The position numbers were made by a program, and so were the translations under genes. Shown piece by piece: positions 26,746 through 36,785 of a stretch of DNA of 64,000 nucleotides (positions are counted from its first letter, which is position 1; each line of letters opens with the position of its first letter). The stretch spans positions 3,072,001 to 3,136,000 of the forward strand of contig CAWGAA010000001.1 in the NCBI GenBank assembly GCA_963820525.1, read 5' to 3'. The notes beneath the pieces are model-generated. The model made no database searches, was not told the origin of the DNA, and saw nothing but the letters and a program-made list of their open reading frames with translations. Source of the DNA: an uncultured Spirochaetota bacterium. Its GTDB lineage: Bacteria > Spirochaetota > Spirochaetia > SZUA-6 > Fen-1364.

Positions 26746-28077
26746 TTACAATATGTTGGACGCCAGCTCGGCCAGCCTCGAGCGCTCTCCCTTCTCCAGG
26801 GTCACATGGGCGTAGAGCGACTCTCCCTTCATCTTGTCGATCAGGATGGTGAGGCCGTTGGAGCGCGAGTCCAGGTAGGGCGTGTCGATCTGGTAGGGGT
26901 CTCCCGTGAAGACGACCTTGGTGCCTTCTCCGGCGCGGGTGATGATGGTCTTCACCTCGTGCGGCGTGAGGTTCTGCGCCTCGTCGATGATGAAGAAAAT
27001 CTTCGACAGGTGCCTGCCGCGGATGTAGGCGAGGGGCGTGATGACCAGCTTCCCGTTGTCCACCAGGTCGTGGATCCTCTTGAAATCCGAGGACGCCTCG
27101 TCGAACTGGTTCTGGATCACGGAGAGGTTGTCGAAGAGCGGCTGCATGAAGGGGTCGAGCTTGCTCTTGATGTCCCCGGGAAGGAAGCCGATGTCGCGGT
27201 TGGACAGGGGAACGATGGGCCGGGCAAGGTAGATCTGCTTGTAGCTCGATCTCTTCTCCAGGGCCGCGGCGAGCGCCATCAGGGTCTTGCCGGTTCCCGC
27301 CTTTCCCGCCAGGGTCACCAGGGAGATGGAATCGTTGAACAGCGCGTCCAGGGAAAAAGTCTGCTCGGCGTTTCGCGGCTCGATGCCGTACGCCCTCTTC
27401 TTCACGACGTGGCGGAAGGACTTGGTCTCGGAATTGTAGGAGGCCAGGATGCTCTTGTTCTGGCCCCGGATGATGAAGTACTCGTTGGGAAGCGGATCGC
27501 GCTCCAGGGTGACCTTTTCCCGCGGGGCGGATCCCTGCTCGAAAATTTCGTCGACAAGGCTTCCGTCCACGTTCTCCACGATGTCCTTGCCCTTGTACAG
27601 CTCGTCGATGTTGCGGACCTTGCCCGTCTCGTAGTCTTCCGCCCGGATGCCAAGACCCTTTGCCTTCATCCTGATGTTGAGGTCCTTGGAGACGAGGATC
27701 ACGCGGTCCTTGCCGTATTCCTTGGTAAGATTGTAGGCGACGGAGATGATGCGGTGGTCCGGCTTGTCTTCCCAGAAGATCTCGCTCAGGTACGGGTCGC
27801 GCTTGATGTCGGTATTCACCACAACCATTCCGCCGGAATCCAGCCGGATCCCCTCATTGAGCAGCTTGTCTCCCCTCATCGCGTCGAGCTTGCGCGAGAA
27901 TTCGCGGGCGTTGAAGTTGATGATCTCGTTGCCTCTTTTGAACTTGTCGATCTCCTCCAGGACGGTGATCGGGATGACGACGTTGTGCTCCTGGAAGGAG
28001 TAGATGCTGTTGTGATCGTAGAGGATGACGTTGGTATCCAGGACAAAGATCTTGTTCTGACCGTTGAAAACTGCCAT
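26746..28077 (-). CDS. PhoH family protein (PIN + PhoH ATPase, PhoH2 type)
   Basis: FVLDTNV PIN motif, GKAGTGKT, YIRGR, IIDEAQNLTPHE, TGDPYQID. Confidence 0.93.
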   Translation of the reverse strand: MAVFNGQNKIFVLDTNVILYDHNSIYSFQEHNVVIPITVLEEIDKFKRGNEIINFNAREFSRKLDAMRGDKLLNEGIRLDSGGMVVVNTDIKRDPYLSEIFWEDKPDHRIISVAYNLTKEYGKDRVILVSKDLNIRMKAKGLGIRAEDYETGKVRNIDELYKGKDIVENVDGSLVDEIFEQGSAPREKVTLERDPLPNEYFIIRGQNKSILASYNSETKSFRHVVKKRAYGIEPRNAEQTFSLDALFNDSISLVTLAGKAGTGKTLMALAAALEKRSSYKQIYLARPIVPLSNRDIGFLPGDIKSKLDPFMQPLFDNLSVIQNQFDEASSDFKRIHDLVDNGKLVITPLAYIRGRHLSKIFFIIDEAQNLTPHEVKTIITRAGEGTKVVFTGDPYQIDTPYLDSRSNGLTILIDKMKGESLYAHVTLEKGERSRLAELASNIL

Positions 28078-28131
28078 GCCGGTAGTGTAGAGGGGGGATG
28101 CCCCGCAATCAAGAGTAGGCGGGCGAGCCTT

Positions 28132-29253
28132 TTAAGGAGCGGCGGGGGGCTGCGCGGCTGGTGTGGCGGAAGGCTGCGCGCCAGGCACGACGGCGGGGGC
28201 GGCTGCCGCGGGGGCGGAAGCGGGTGCGGCAGGCTTTTCGGCGGGCATCCTGACCGGCGGCTTGGGAAGGAGTGCGGCGCTCATGGCATCCGCCGTCTTG
28301 AAAGACAGCGGTATCCCCTGCCGGCTCGACACGGCCGAGAGCGTGGCGTCCATCCTCGCGGGATCCATGTATCCGATGCCCCGAAGCCGGTAGACCGGGG
28401 TATTGAAGAGGGGCGTGAGATCGGCGAGCTCGTCGGAGAGCTGAAGCGCCTCGTCGTGCTGGATGGGCCTGAAGCTCCCCAGGGCGGCCACGGCCTGGTC
28501 GGGGTTTCGCAGGCTGAACTCCCAGGACTTGAAGGCCGCGGAGAGGAAGGCGCGGATCGCGCCCGGCTTGCTTCCAAGAGAGTCGCGCCGGACGAAAAGA
28601 CACGTTCCGTACAGATCGAAGCCGAAATCCGCCCAGAGAAGCCTGCCCAACTGCTGCCGGCCGAATGCCCTGCCGAGGACCTGATTCTGCTGGAGGGTGC
28701 CGAAGACGGCGTCGGCGGTGCCGGTGGCCAGCGCCTCTATCCTTTGGGGAAAGCTCATGGTCAGGAAGGTGACGTCCCCCGTGCGCAGCCCGTTGGCCTC
28801 GGCGAAGAGGGGGAAAAAGACTGCCTGCCCGTCGAACGGATCCACGGCGATCTTCTTGCCGGCCAGGTCCTGGGGGGCGGCGATCTTCGAGGCGGAGAGG
28901 AAGTATGCGCAGCTTGAGCTCTTGTCTCCCAGAGACGCGATGATCACGAGGGGCATGCCCCGCGATCTGTATGCGAGCACGGCCGCCGCGTCGGCAATTC
29001 CGATATCGGCCTTTCCCGCGTTCACGGCCGCGATTGCAGAGGCCTGATCCGTCCCCGCCAGCAGGCGGGCCTCCACGCCCGCGGACCTGAACCAGCCCTT
29101 GGTGACCGCGAGGAAGAAGGGAGCCTGTGAAGCGGACAGGGGGGAGTCGAATTGAAGCGAGACGCGGACCGGCGCCGTCCAGGCCTCAAGCGCGATGAGG
29201 GCGAGGATGCCCGCCGCGAGCGCGGCCTTCATGTGGCGCGAAACCAGCTTCAT
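28132..29253 (-). CDS. ABC transporter substrate-binding protein, NMT1/THI5 family
   Basis: APFFLAVTKGWF...GVE, DLAGKKIA, DFGFDLYG; Pro/Ala tail. Confidence 0.8.
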   Translation of the reverse strand: MKLVSRHMKAALAAGILALIALEAWTAPVRVSLQFDSPLSASQAPFFLAVTKGWFRSAGVEARLLAGTDQASAIAAVNAGKADIGIADAAAVLAYRSRGMPLVIIASLGDKSSSCAYFLSASKIAAPQDLAGKKIAVDPFDGQAVFFPLFAEANGLRTGDVTFLTMSFPQRIEALATGTADAVFGTLQQNQVLGRAFGRQQLGRLLWADFGFDLYGTCLFVRRDSLGSKPGAIRAFLSAAFKSWEFSLRNPDQAVAALGSFRPIQHDEALQLSDELADLTPLFNTPVYRLRGIGYMDPARMDATLSAVSSRQGIPLSFKTADAMSAALLPKPPVRMPAEKPAAPASAPAAAAPAVVPGAQPSATPAAQPPAAP

Positions 29254-29346
29254 GATCGTGTCCGTGAGAGAGGATAGTATGAGAGGGGCGCTTTGTCCAT
29301 TGACACGGGCGGGCGGCTGCGTCTACCTTTGGGAATCGGAGGAAGT

Positions 29347-29565
29347 ATGGCCAAACTCGGGTGGCTTCGTGGGGTTCTTTCGGTGATCGTCGGCTTGCTC
29401 ATCGGGGTAGTGATCACCGCCCTGGTCAATCTCTTCATACCGACGCCTTCAGGCCTGGTCTGGACGGTGCTGCTCGCGGTCTGCGCCTCATCGGTCATCT
29501 CGTCTCTGGTCGGGTACCTGTTGGGCGCCCGCCGGAAAAAGGAAGTACAAGAGACCCCGCATTGA
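29347..29565 (+). CDS. Small two-TM membrane protein
   Basis: RBS GGAGG, two hydrophobic helices. Confidence 0.6.
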   Translation: MAKLGWLRGVLSVIVGLLIGVVITALVNLFIPTPSGLVWTVLLAVCASSVISSLVGYLLGARRKKEVQETPH

Positions 29566-29903
29566 CGGGCGCGAGCGCCCGCCTCAGACGCGAGTCCAGG
29601 ACCCTGCGGGCAATGGTCGAGCTTTTCTGCAGGAGCGCGCATCGGACAAGGAGCGGACTGTGCCGCGATTGTCAGGCGCTGTTGAGCTACGCGCTTCGAA
29701 GGCTCGAGCGGTGCAGGTTCGGCGAGGGGAAGCCGACGTGCGCGCGATGTCCCGTTCACTGCTATCGACCCGACATGCGCGAGGCGATCAGGGGCGTGAT
29801 GCGGCGGTCGGGACCCAGAATGGTTTACACTCATCCCCTCCTGGCGGTTTTTCATCTCATTGACGGCCGGCGCGGCATCCAACCGGCAAAGGAGCATGTA
29901 TGA
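29562..29903 (+). CDS. YgbA / nitrous oxide-stimulated promoter family protein
   Basis: MVELFC..H, LCRDC, C.FGEGKPTCARCPVHCY, MR.SGPRM. Confidence 0.85.
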   Translation: MTGASARLRRESRTLRAMVELFCRSAHRTRSGLCRDCQALLSYALRRLERCRFGEGKPTCARCPVHCYRPDMREAIRGVMRRSGPRMVYTHPLLAVFHLIDGRRGIQPAKEHV

Positions 29904-30344
29904 CGAGCAGGGCTGAAAACGCTGTCACGTGTTTCAACGGCGGATTCAACTGCGCGCAGGCCGTGTTTTCAACGTACGCCCCCCTCCTGGGGATCGAAGC
30001 GGAGAAGGCGCTTGCGATCGCGCGGGTTCGGGGCGGGTATGGGACGCACCCAGGAAGTCTGCGGTGCCGTTACGGGGGCGTTCATGCTGATCGGGCTGGC
30101 GAAGGGCATGCCCGAGAAGAACGACTCCGCCGCCAAGGAAGAAACCTACAGGCTCGTGCAGGAGTTTTCATCCCGGTTCGCCCAGGCGAACGGCTCCACG
30201 CTCTGCAAGACCCTCCTGGGATGCAACCTTCTCACGGAAGAGGGGCAGAGGTTCTTCAAGGAGAAGGACCTCCACAACCTGAAATGCGTGAAGTACGTCC
30301 AGGACTGCGCCCGAATGGTGGAGGAAAGCCTTTTTCCCGCGTAA
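29900..30344 (+). pseudogene. C-GCAxxG-C-C family redox protein (frameshift near 30025)
   Basis: FNCAQAV in one frame, GFGAGMGR..EVCGAVTG in the next. Confidence 0.8.
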
Positions 30345-30356
30345 GCGGCTGAGGAG

Positions 30357-30866
30357 ATGCTCAACTACGACCTCGTGACGAGCACGGCCGCCTATAGAAT
30401 CCTCAAGAGGAGGGATGTCGGCACCTTTCTCGAGATGGCCGCACGGTTCCGCGGAGAGCTTGGAAAGACCGCCGCCTTGAGCGACGCCTTGCTTAATACT
30501 TTCGAAGAGCTCACGCGTGACGAGAGGAAAGGCACGATCTTCCTCATCGAAAAGGGCGAAAGCTTCATCGGATACTGCGTCATTGTAAACCTCTGGAACG
30601 CCGAGCTCGGCGGGAACGTCCTGTGCATGGAAGAGTTGTTCGTCGATCCCGAATGGCGCAGGCGGGGGATCGCGCAGGATTTCATCACCCTGCTTGGAAA
30701 GATCGCGCCGCTGGACTCCGTCGCCATCCGGCTTGAGGTGGATCCATCGAACAAGAAAGCGGCGGCTTTGTGCCGCAAGCTCGGATTCGCCGAATCGAAG
30801 CAGAAAATTCTCTCGAAGGGCATCCAGCGGGAGAGGCCGGCAGACGCCTTGCACCATCAGCGATAA
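30357..30866 (+). CDS. GNAT family N-acetyltransferase
   Basis: ELFVDPEWRRRGIA, LEVDPSN..A..L..KLGF. Confidence 0.85.
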   Translation: MLNYDLVTSTAAYRILKRRDVGTFLEMAARFRGELGKTAALSDALLNTFEELTRDERKGTIFLIEKGESFIGYCVIVNLWNAELGGNVLCMEELFVDPEWRRRGIAQDFITLLGKIAPLDSVAIRLEVDPSNKKAAALCRKLGFAESKQKILSKGIQRERPADALHHQR

Positions 30867-30897
30867 TCGGCTTCACTCTCCTGCCGGAGGGTTCTCT

Positions 30898-31962
30898 GTG
30901 ACGAATACCGATGATTCGCTCTACGAAGCGCTGGCCGAGGCCCTCGACAGGCTTCCCAACGGGTTTCCGCGAACGCCATCCGCCCTCGAGATTCCCCTGC
31001 TCAAAAAGATATTCTCCCCAGAAGAGGCGCAGGTCGCCGGCGTCATGGGGAGGGACGCGGAATCCGGCGAGGCGATAGGGCGCCGGGTCGGGCTCTCCGC
31101 CAACTCCGCGCGAAAGCGGCTCGCGGACATGGCCAGGCGCGGGCTGGTCTGGGTATCCAAGGGGAAGGGCGGGCTTGCCTTCCGTCTGGCGCCTTTCATC
31201 GTGGGGATATTCGAAGCTCAAGGCGGCGCAATGGACCATGAGCTTGCCCACCTCATGGACGCCTACATGGCTGACGGCGGGTCCGCGGGCATCATGGGGC
31301 CACAACCGGCCGTTCACCGGGTGGTGGCTGCCCAGGGCGCCGTCAAATCCGAGTGGATCCTCCCGTACGACGATGTGAAGGGGTTCCTGCTCAACTCGAA
31401 AGCCTTCGCGGCGAGCGACTGCATCTGCCGCGTGCAGGAAGACCGCCTTGGGCGCAGAAAGTGCGCGTTTCCGCTCCATAACTGCATGAGCTTCTCGGCA
31501 GTGGAACGCCCACGTCGGGATGGCGACATCGGCCTGGAGGAGGCGCTTGCCCTCCTGGACGAGACGGAAGAGCTGGGCCTGGTGCACACGGTGAGCAATG
31601 TCGCTGAAGGGGTTTTCTACATCTGCAACTGCTGCGGCTGCTGCTGTGCGATACTGAGGGGCATAACGGAGCTGGGCATCAAGGGCTCCGTGGCCAAGGC
31701 GAACTACAGGGCCGGAATCGACACGTCGCTCTGCACGGGATGCGGGGCGTGCATCGAGCGCTGCCAGATCGGCGCGATCGGGAATGAAGGCGGAGAGGTC
31801 GTCATTCATCGTGATCGCTGCATTGGCTGCGGACTGTGCGTCTCGGGGTGCGCGGCAAGCGCGGTTTCGCTTGCCAAGCGTCCCGACGCCGAGATCCTTC
31901 ACCCTCCAGCCGATTTTGCCGCCTGGGAGAGGGAGAGGTTGAAGAACCGCGGCCTCGCGTGA
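30898..31962 (+). CDS. 4Fe-4S dicluster-binding protein
   Basis: CICR, ICNCCGCCC, CTGCGACIERC, CIGCGLCVSGC. Confidence 0.85.
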   Translation: MTNTDDSLYEALAEALDRLPNGFPRTPSALEIPLLKKIFSPEEAQVAGVMGRDAESGEAIGRRVGLSANSARKRLADMARRGLVWVSKGKGGLAFRLAPFIVGIFEAQGGAMDHELAHLMDAYMADGGSAGIMGPQPAVHRVVAAQGAVKSEWILPYDDVKGFLLNSKAFAASDCICRVQEDRLGRRKCAFPLHNCMSFSAVERPRRDGDIGLEEALALLDETEELGLVHTVSNVAEGVFYICNCCGCCCAILRGITELGIKGSVAKANYRAGIDTSLCTGCGACIERCQIGAIGNEGGEVVIHRDRCIGCGLCVSGCAASAVSLAKRPDAEILHPPADFAAWERERLKNRGLA

Positions 31963-31981
31963 GGAGAAGGAGAGGCGGGAA

Positions 31982-32683
31982 ATGCCGGAAAACAAGGAAG
32001 CTTTAAGCCGTGTTCTCGTGGTGGCGGCCCACCCCGACGACCCCGAGTACGGATGCGCGGGCACCGTCACCAAGTGGGCCTCCGAGGGGAAGGAAGTTGC
32101 GTTTCTCCTGCTCACCAGCGGCGACAAGGGAAGCAAGGACCCGGCGGTGCGTCCCGGCCAGCTCGCCTCCATCCGGGAGAGGGAGCAGGAGGAGGCGGCG
32201 CGGGAGCTGGGCGTCCGTGAGGTGATCTTCCAGCGGCATCCCGACGGCCTCCTGGAAAACACGATGAGCCTCCGCAGGGAGCTTGCCGGAATCATCCGTG
32301 CGCGCAGGCCCCATATCGTCTTCACCATCGACCCCTGGCGCCACTATCAGACCCATCCCGATCACCGCGCGGCGGGGCTTGCCGCCATGGACGCGGTATA
32401 CGCGGCCAAGGAGGTGAACCTCTTTCCCGAGCAGCTCGTGGCACCCATCGAGCCGTGGCGGGTGAAGGAGGTCTATCTCTTCTGGACGGATGCCCCCAAC
32501 TACTGGGAGGACATCGGCTGCTGCATCGAGCGGCGCATCGCGGCCCTCGGGCGGCACGCGAGCCAGGTTGACGATGAGCCCGCGGTGCTGGCAAAGAACA
32601 TCAGGGAAGCGGCGCGCAAGGCGGCCCAGTCCTCGGGGCTTTCCTACGAGTTTGCCGAGGCGTTCAAGCGGCTGGAGATCTGA
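31982..32683 (+). CDS. PIG-L family deacetylase
   Basis: AHPDDPE, REREQ, HPDH motifs. Confidence 0.9.
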   Translation: MPENKEALSRVLVVAAHPDDPEYGCAGTVTKWASEGKEVAFLLLTSGDKGSKDPAVRPGQLASIREREQEEAARELGVREVIFQRHPDGLLENTMSLRRELAGIIRARRPHIVFTIDPWRHYQTHPDHRAAGLAAMDAVYAAKEVNLFPEQLVAPIEPWRVKEVYLFWTDAPNYWEDIGCCIERRIAALGRHASQVDDEPAVLAKNIREAARKAAQSSGLSYEFAEAFKRLEI

Positions 32684-32805
32684 AAGCGCCGCGGCCGCTG
32701 AAACGAATCCGCCGTCCGCGTTGACTTTGGCATCCCTTTCCCGTAGCTTCTAAACGAACAGTTGTTTGTCGCGCGGGCATCCCCGCATCAGGGAGGGATC
32801 ATTGT

Positions 32806-33573
32806 ATGGGCCTCATGTCGGGTAAGAGAGGCGTTATTTTCGGCGTCGCCAATGACAAGAGCATCGCCTGGGGGATCGCGCAAAAGCTGCACGCCGAAGG
32901 CGCCGAGCTCGCCTTCACCTACCTCAACGAGGTTTTCGAGAAGAGGGTGAGGCCTCTGGCTGAGAGCATCGGCTCAGAGCTCATCATGGGCTGCGACGTG
33001 ACGCGGGACGCTGACGTGGAGGGTGTGTACACAGAGATCGAGCAGCGCTGGGGAAGCCTGGACTTCGTCGTGCACTCGATCGCGTACGCGAGCAGGGAAG
33101 ATCTTCGCCAGCCCTTCCATCAAACCACCAGGGAGGGATTCCGTATCGCCCTCGACATCAGCGCCTATTCCCTCATCGCCGTGACCCGGGGGGCGCTTCC
33201 CCTCATGAAGGCGGGGGGGTCCATCATCACCATGACGTACCTCGGCTCCCAGCGGGCGGTGCCCAACTACAATGTCATGGGAGTGGCCAAGGCGGCCCTT
33301 GAGGCTACCGTGCGCTACCTCGCGGCCGAGCTGGGAGAGAAGCAGATCCGCGTCAATGCGATTTCGGCCGGCCCCATACGGACCCTGGCGGCCACGGGAA
33401 TTTCCAACTTCAGCGAGATCTTCGGCATCATGGAGAACAGATCGCCCATGCACCGCTCCGTCACGCAGGAGGAGGTGGGAAAGTCTGCCCTCTACCTCCT
33501 GTCGGATCTTTCTACCGGCGTGACGGGAGACATCCATTACGTCGACACCGGCTACAACATCGTCGGTCTGTGA
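32806..33573 (+). CDS. fabI: Enoyl-ACP reductase
   Basis: [39 protein letters not shown]. Confidence 0.95.
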   Translation: MGLMSGKRGVIFGVANDKSIAWGIAQKLHAEGAELAFTYLNEVFEKRVRPLAESIGSELIMGCDVTRDADVEGVYTEIEQRWGSLDFVVHSIAYASREDLRQPFHQTTREGFRIALDISAYSLIAVTRGALPLMKAGGSIITMTYLGSQRAVPNYNVMGVAKAALEATVRYLAAELGEKQIRVNAISAGPIRTLAATGISNFSEIFGIMENRSPMHRSVTQEEVGKSALYLLSDLSTGVTGDIHYVDTGYNIVGL

Positions 33574-33656
33574 GGCCGCGCCTTCACGGCTCCGCCCTAT
33601 CGAAGCCTGCGCGTGCGGCATCCAGGGGTGCGCCCGCGCACGGGTGCCGCCTGCCG

Positions 33657-34202
33657 CTACCGAAGCTCCACGCGCGCGGAAAACCGCCCCTCCCCCTTAT
33701 AGGAAAGCTCGGCAACGCGGGCAAAGCCGGTCCGCCGTCCGGATGCCGCCACGGCGCGGATGAAGGCCATCCGCGCGGGTTGGAAGAGCACGCTCCCGTT
33801 GGCGGCCGCGCAGTCCTTCGCCGTGAAGTCGACGTCCACGGCGCTCTTTGCGGGCTGCCCCCCGCTTTCCCGAGGGACCGCGCTCACGCGATACTCGAGA
33901 ACCAGGAGCCGGCCGGCTCGGCCGGAGTCGACCTTGCGGCTGGAGAGAAGCGCATACTCGGAGGAGGACTCGGTGGATACCTGCCTGCCGCTGCTCGAGG
34001 TGAAGCGGGTCCACGAAAAAAGGGAAAAGCTTGCGGGCACCGACATCCGTTCGGCGGCGAAAATTTGGGCCTCTCCCTCGTTTTCGGCAAGGACGAACAC
34101 CTCGAATGTCTTTTCAGCCCGGGTCTTTTCCTCGGTCCCGCCCGCCAGAAGCGGCAGGGAGCCGCAGAGGCAGAGGGCGATGGCGATGATTGGAATACGC
34201 AT
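33657..34202 (-). CDS. Exported hypothetical protein
   Basis: Signal peptide followed by GG.EE. Confidence 0.55.
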   Translation of the reverse strand: MRIPIIAIALCLCGSLPLLAGGTEEKTRAEKTFEVFVLAENEGEAQIFAAERMSVPASFSLFSWTRFTSSSGRQVSTESSSEYALLSSRKVDSGRAGRLLVLEYRVSAVPRESGGQPAKSAVDVDFTAKDCAAANGSVLFQPARMAFIRAVAASGRRTGFARVAELSYKGEGRFSARVELR

Positions 34203-34273
34203 TTTGCAATTGTACCACCGCGCTCACCCTTTGACAGCCGCCGCTTCGATGCCCGAGGGGTGAGACGGGCGTG

Positions 34274-34583
34274 GTGAAGATCGTTTCCTGGAACGTGAAC
34301 GGGCTCCGCGTCATGATTGCCAAGGGCGCGATGGCGGAGCTTCACCCGCCTTCTGGATTCCGGCTTCATCGACACCTTTCGAGCCCTCCACCCCGGTGAG
34401 GCCGACCAGTACACGTGGTGGAGCTACGCCACAAGGGCGCGCGAGCGGAACGTGGGATGGCGCATCGACTACGTGTGCATCTCGGCGGAACTGTCGGAGA
34501 GGCTCCGCGACGCCTTCATTCTCCAGAAGATCGGGGGCTCGGATCACTGCCCCGTCGGGATCGTGCTGGACGGGGAGCCGTGA
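34274..34583 (+). pseudogene. xth: Exodeoxyribonuclease III with large internal deletion
   Basis: MKIVSWNVNGLR N-terminus joined out of frame to GFIDTFR...YTWWSY...GWRIDY...GSDHCP C-terminus. Confidence 0.85.
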
Positions 34584-35635
34584 GGAGCGGGGTTTGCTTC
34601 CCGCCAGACCGTTCCGTCGGGACAGCGCAGGAATATCGCCTCCGCATCCCTGTGCATAATGGTCTGCGGATTGACGGGCACCTTGCCATGGAGGGTGTCC
34701 ACCACGAAGGTCGGAACCGCGAATCCGGTGGTTGAGCCGCGGAGGGCCGAGACGATGGACAGGCCGCTCTCCACGGGGGTGCGGAAGTGGGCGGTGCCGC
34801 GGCTCAGGTGGCACTGGAAAAGGTAGTAGGGCCTCACCCTCGCCTTCACGAGGCCCTGCGCCAGGCTCTTCATTACCCGGAGATTATCGTTTACGCCGCG
34901 CAGGAGCACGGACTGGTTGCCCAGCGGAATGCCCGCGTCTGCCAGGCGGGCGCATGCCTCCAGGGCAAGGGGGGTGAGCTCGCGGGGATGATTGAAGTGC
35001 GTATTGATCCACAGGGGATGGAACGCGCGGAGCATCCGGCAGAGATCTTCCGTGATCCGCTGGGGAAGCGTCACGGGAGCCCTCGTTCCGATTCTGATGA
35101 TCTCCACGTGGGAAATCCGCCGAAGCTCTCTCAGGATGTTTTCAAGCCTGTCGTCGGAGAGAACCAGGGGATCTCCCCCCGTGACCAGAACGTCCCTGAT
35201 CTCCGGCGTGCCGCCGATGAAGGAGAGGGCTTCCTGGAAAGCCGCCTCGGAAAAATCCCCGTCGTTGCCTCCCACGAGCCTGCGCCGGAAACAGAACCGG
35301 CACAGAACGGGGCACGATCCTGACACGCACCATGCCACCCGGTCGGGGTAGAGCCGGATCAGGTTGGGGGCCACCGTGCCGGCTTCTTCGCCGATGGGGT
35401 CCGAGGTTCCCTCCTCGTCATGAAGCTCATTGAGGGACGGGATGGCCTGCTTTCTGATGGGGCAGGACGGATCGTCGGGGTCCATGAGGCCGGCGTAATA
35501 CGGGGTAATGCGCCAGCGGAATAGGGCCCCGGCCTCCTCGATTCCCCGCTCCTCCCCGGCTGAAAGCCTGATGAGGCGCCGCAGCGCCGCCGCCGAAGAG
35601 ATCCCTTCCGCCATCTGCCTCCGCCAATCAGACAT
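34544..35635 (-). CDS. kamA: KamA family radical SAM (lysine 2,3-aminomutase-like)
   Basis: YPDRV, CPVLCRFCFRR, TGGDPL, THFNHPRE, NQSVLLRGVND. Confidence 0.88.
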   Translation of the reverse strand: MSDWRRQMAEGISSAAALRRLIRLSAGEERGIEEAGALFRWRITPYYAGLMDPDDPSCPIRKQAIPSLNELHDEEGTSDPIGEEAGTVAPNLIRLYPDRVAWCVSGSCPVLCRFCFRRRLVGGNDGDFSEAAFQEALSFIGGTPEIRDVLVTGGDPLVLSDDRLENILRELRRISHVEIIRIGTRAPVTLPQRITEDLCRMLRAFHPLWINTHFNHPRELTPLALEACARLADAGIPLGNQSVLLRGVNDNLRVMKSLAQGLVKARVRPYYLFQCHLSRGTAHFRTPVESGLSIVSALRGSTTGFAVPTFVVDTLHGKVPVNPQTIMHRDAEAIFLRCPDGTVWREANPAPHGSPSSTIPTGQ

Positions 35636-36332
35636 CCGAAGCCCCCGTTGCGTAGCGGCGGGAAAAAAGCTCCGGATTGTAGGGCGCCCTGCGGCCCGAG
35701 CAGGCATCGCGCTGGCAGAGCATGCAGCTTTCGAAGCTTGTTTCAAGCGGAAAACGGATTCCCGAGACTGACTTCTGCGGGATCATGAGGAAACTCTCGG
35801 TAAGGGTCACGCCGACAAGCTCTTCGACGCCGCCGATAAGGCGGAACAGGGGAGCCTGCTCCGTTATGGGCCAGTCTTGCAGCGATCCGGGGCTCATTGA
35901 CGATGCCTTTGAAAGGGCGAAACCGCTGTCGAGATGCTCGGCAAGATAGGAAAGCGCGGCCTGTGCGGCAAGCTCCGAGATCTGATCCGCCCAGTAGCGG
36001 GAAAGGGGATCCGACACGGATGCGCTCCACGCCGCGAGCTCTCTGCCGCACGTCGCGACGAATGGAAAGACGCGGTGGGCCTCCTGGAGGTTCACGCAGA
36101 GAACGCGGCTTTTAAAAGTCACTCCCTCGATCGTCGTCGTGTCCCCGTCAGTGCTGTCCACGAAGCACGGGCGATATGCCGCCCGCGGCCGCGCCACTTC
36201 CCGGGCTGCTTCGATCAGGGCGGAGAGCTCTCTGTCGAGATCCCCTTCACCCGGCAGCGCGAGGGATTCCCGCAGCTCGCGGGAATCGACGGCAAAGGGA
36301 ACGTCGGAAAGGATGATGGGTTTGTTTGTCAC
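35628..36332 (-). CDS. Vitamin B12-dependent methionine synthase activation domain-like protein
   Basis: FVATCG, SPGSLQDW, GVTLTESFLMIPQKSVSG, C..C....C..RR. Confidence 0.75.
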   Translation of the reverse strand: MTNKPIILSDVPFAVDSRELRESLALPGEGDLDRELSALIEAAREVARPRAAYRPCFVDSTDGDTTTIEGVTFKSRVLCVNLQEAHRVFPFVATCGRELAAWSASVSDPLSRYWADQISELAAQAALSYLAEHLDSGFALSKASSMSPGSLQDWPITEQAPLFRLIGGVEELVGVTLTESFLMIPQKSVSGIRFPLETSFESCMLCQRDACSGRRAPYNPELFSRRYATGASDV

Positions 36333-36376
36333 AGCTTGAGCGCCGAAGGAATTCCCGCCGCCGCGCGCGGGAGACT

Positions 36377-36775
36377 CTAGGGGTCCCACTGCCTCCCGCT
36401 CAGGACAACGCAGAACCAATGTCCGGAGCCCTTGCGGGTGGAGAGCATGCAGACGAACTGCCCCGGACTCCCGATGGTGACGAGATTTCCCCTGGTGAGA
36501 TCGACCTCCGCGACTTTCTTTCCCGCCTTGTCGGAAACGCTCACCGTGGGCTGCATTTCGCGGGAGTCCCAGTAGAAAAGCAGATACACGGGTGACTCGT
36601 CGCTGTGCACGACGATCCTGTCCTGGGGATGCTCCGCGCCGAGATAGCCGTTGAGGCCGTCAGTCTTCAGTCCCGTGCTCCCGTAATAGACCAGCCCGGC
36701 CTCCGCCAATACGACGCACGGCGCGGCGCACAGGAAAAGCAATGCCAACGGAATCGCGAGGACGCTTCTTTTCAT
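36377..36775 (-). CDS. Exported hypothetical protein
   Basis: Signal peptide; operonic position after guaB. Confidence 0.55.
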   Translation of the reverse strand: MKRSVLAIPLALLFLCAAPCVVLAEAGLVYYGSTGLKTDGLNGYLGAEHPQDRIVVHSDESPVYLLFYWDSREMQPTVSVSDKAGKKVAEVDLTRGNLVTIGSPGQFVCMLSTRKGSGHWFCVVLSGRQWDP

Positions 36776-36785
36776 ACCTTTTGCC

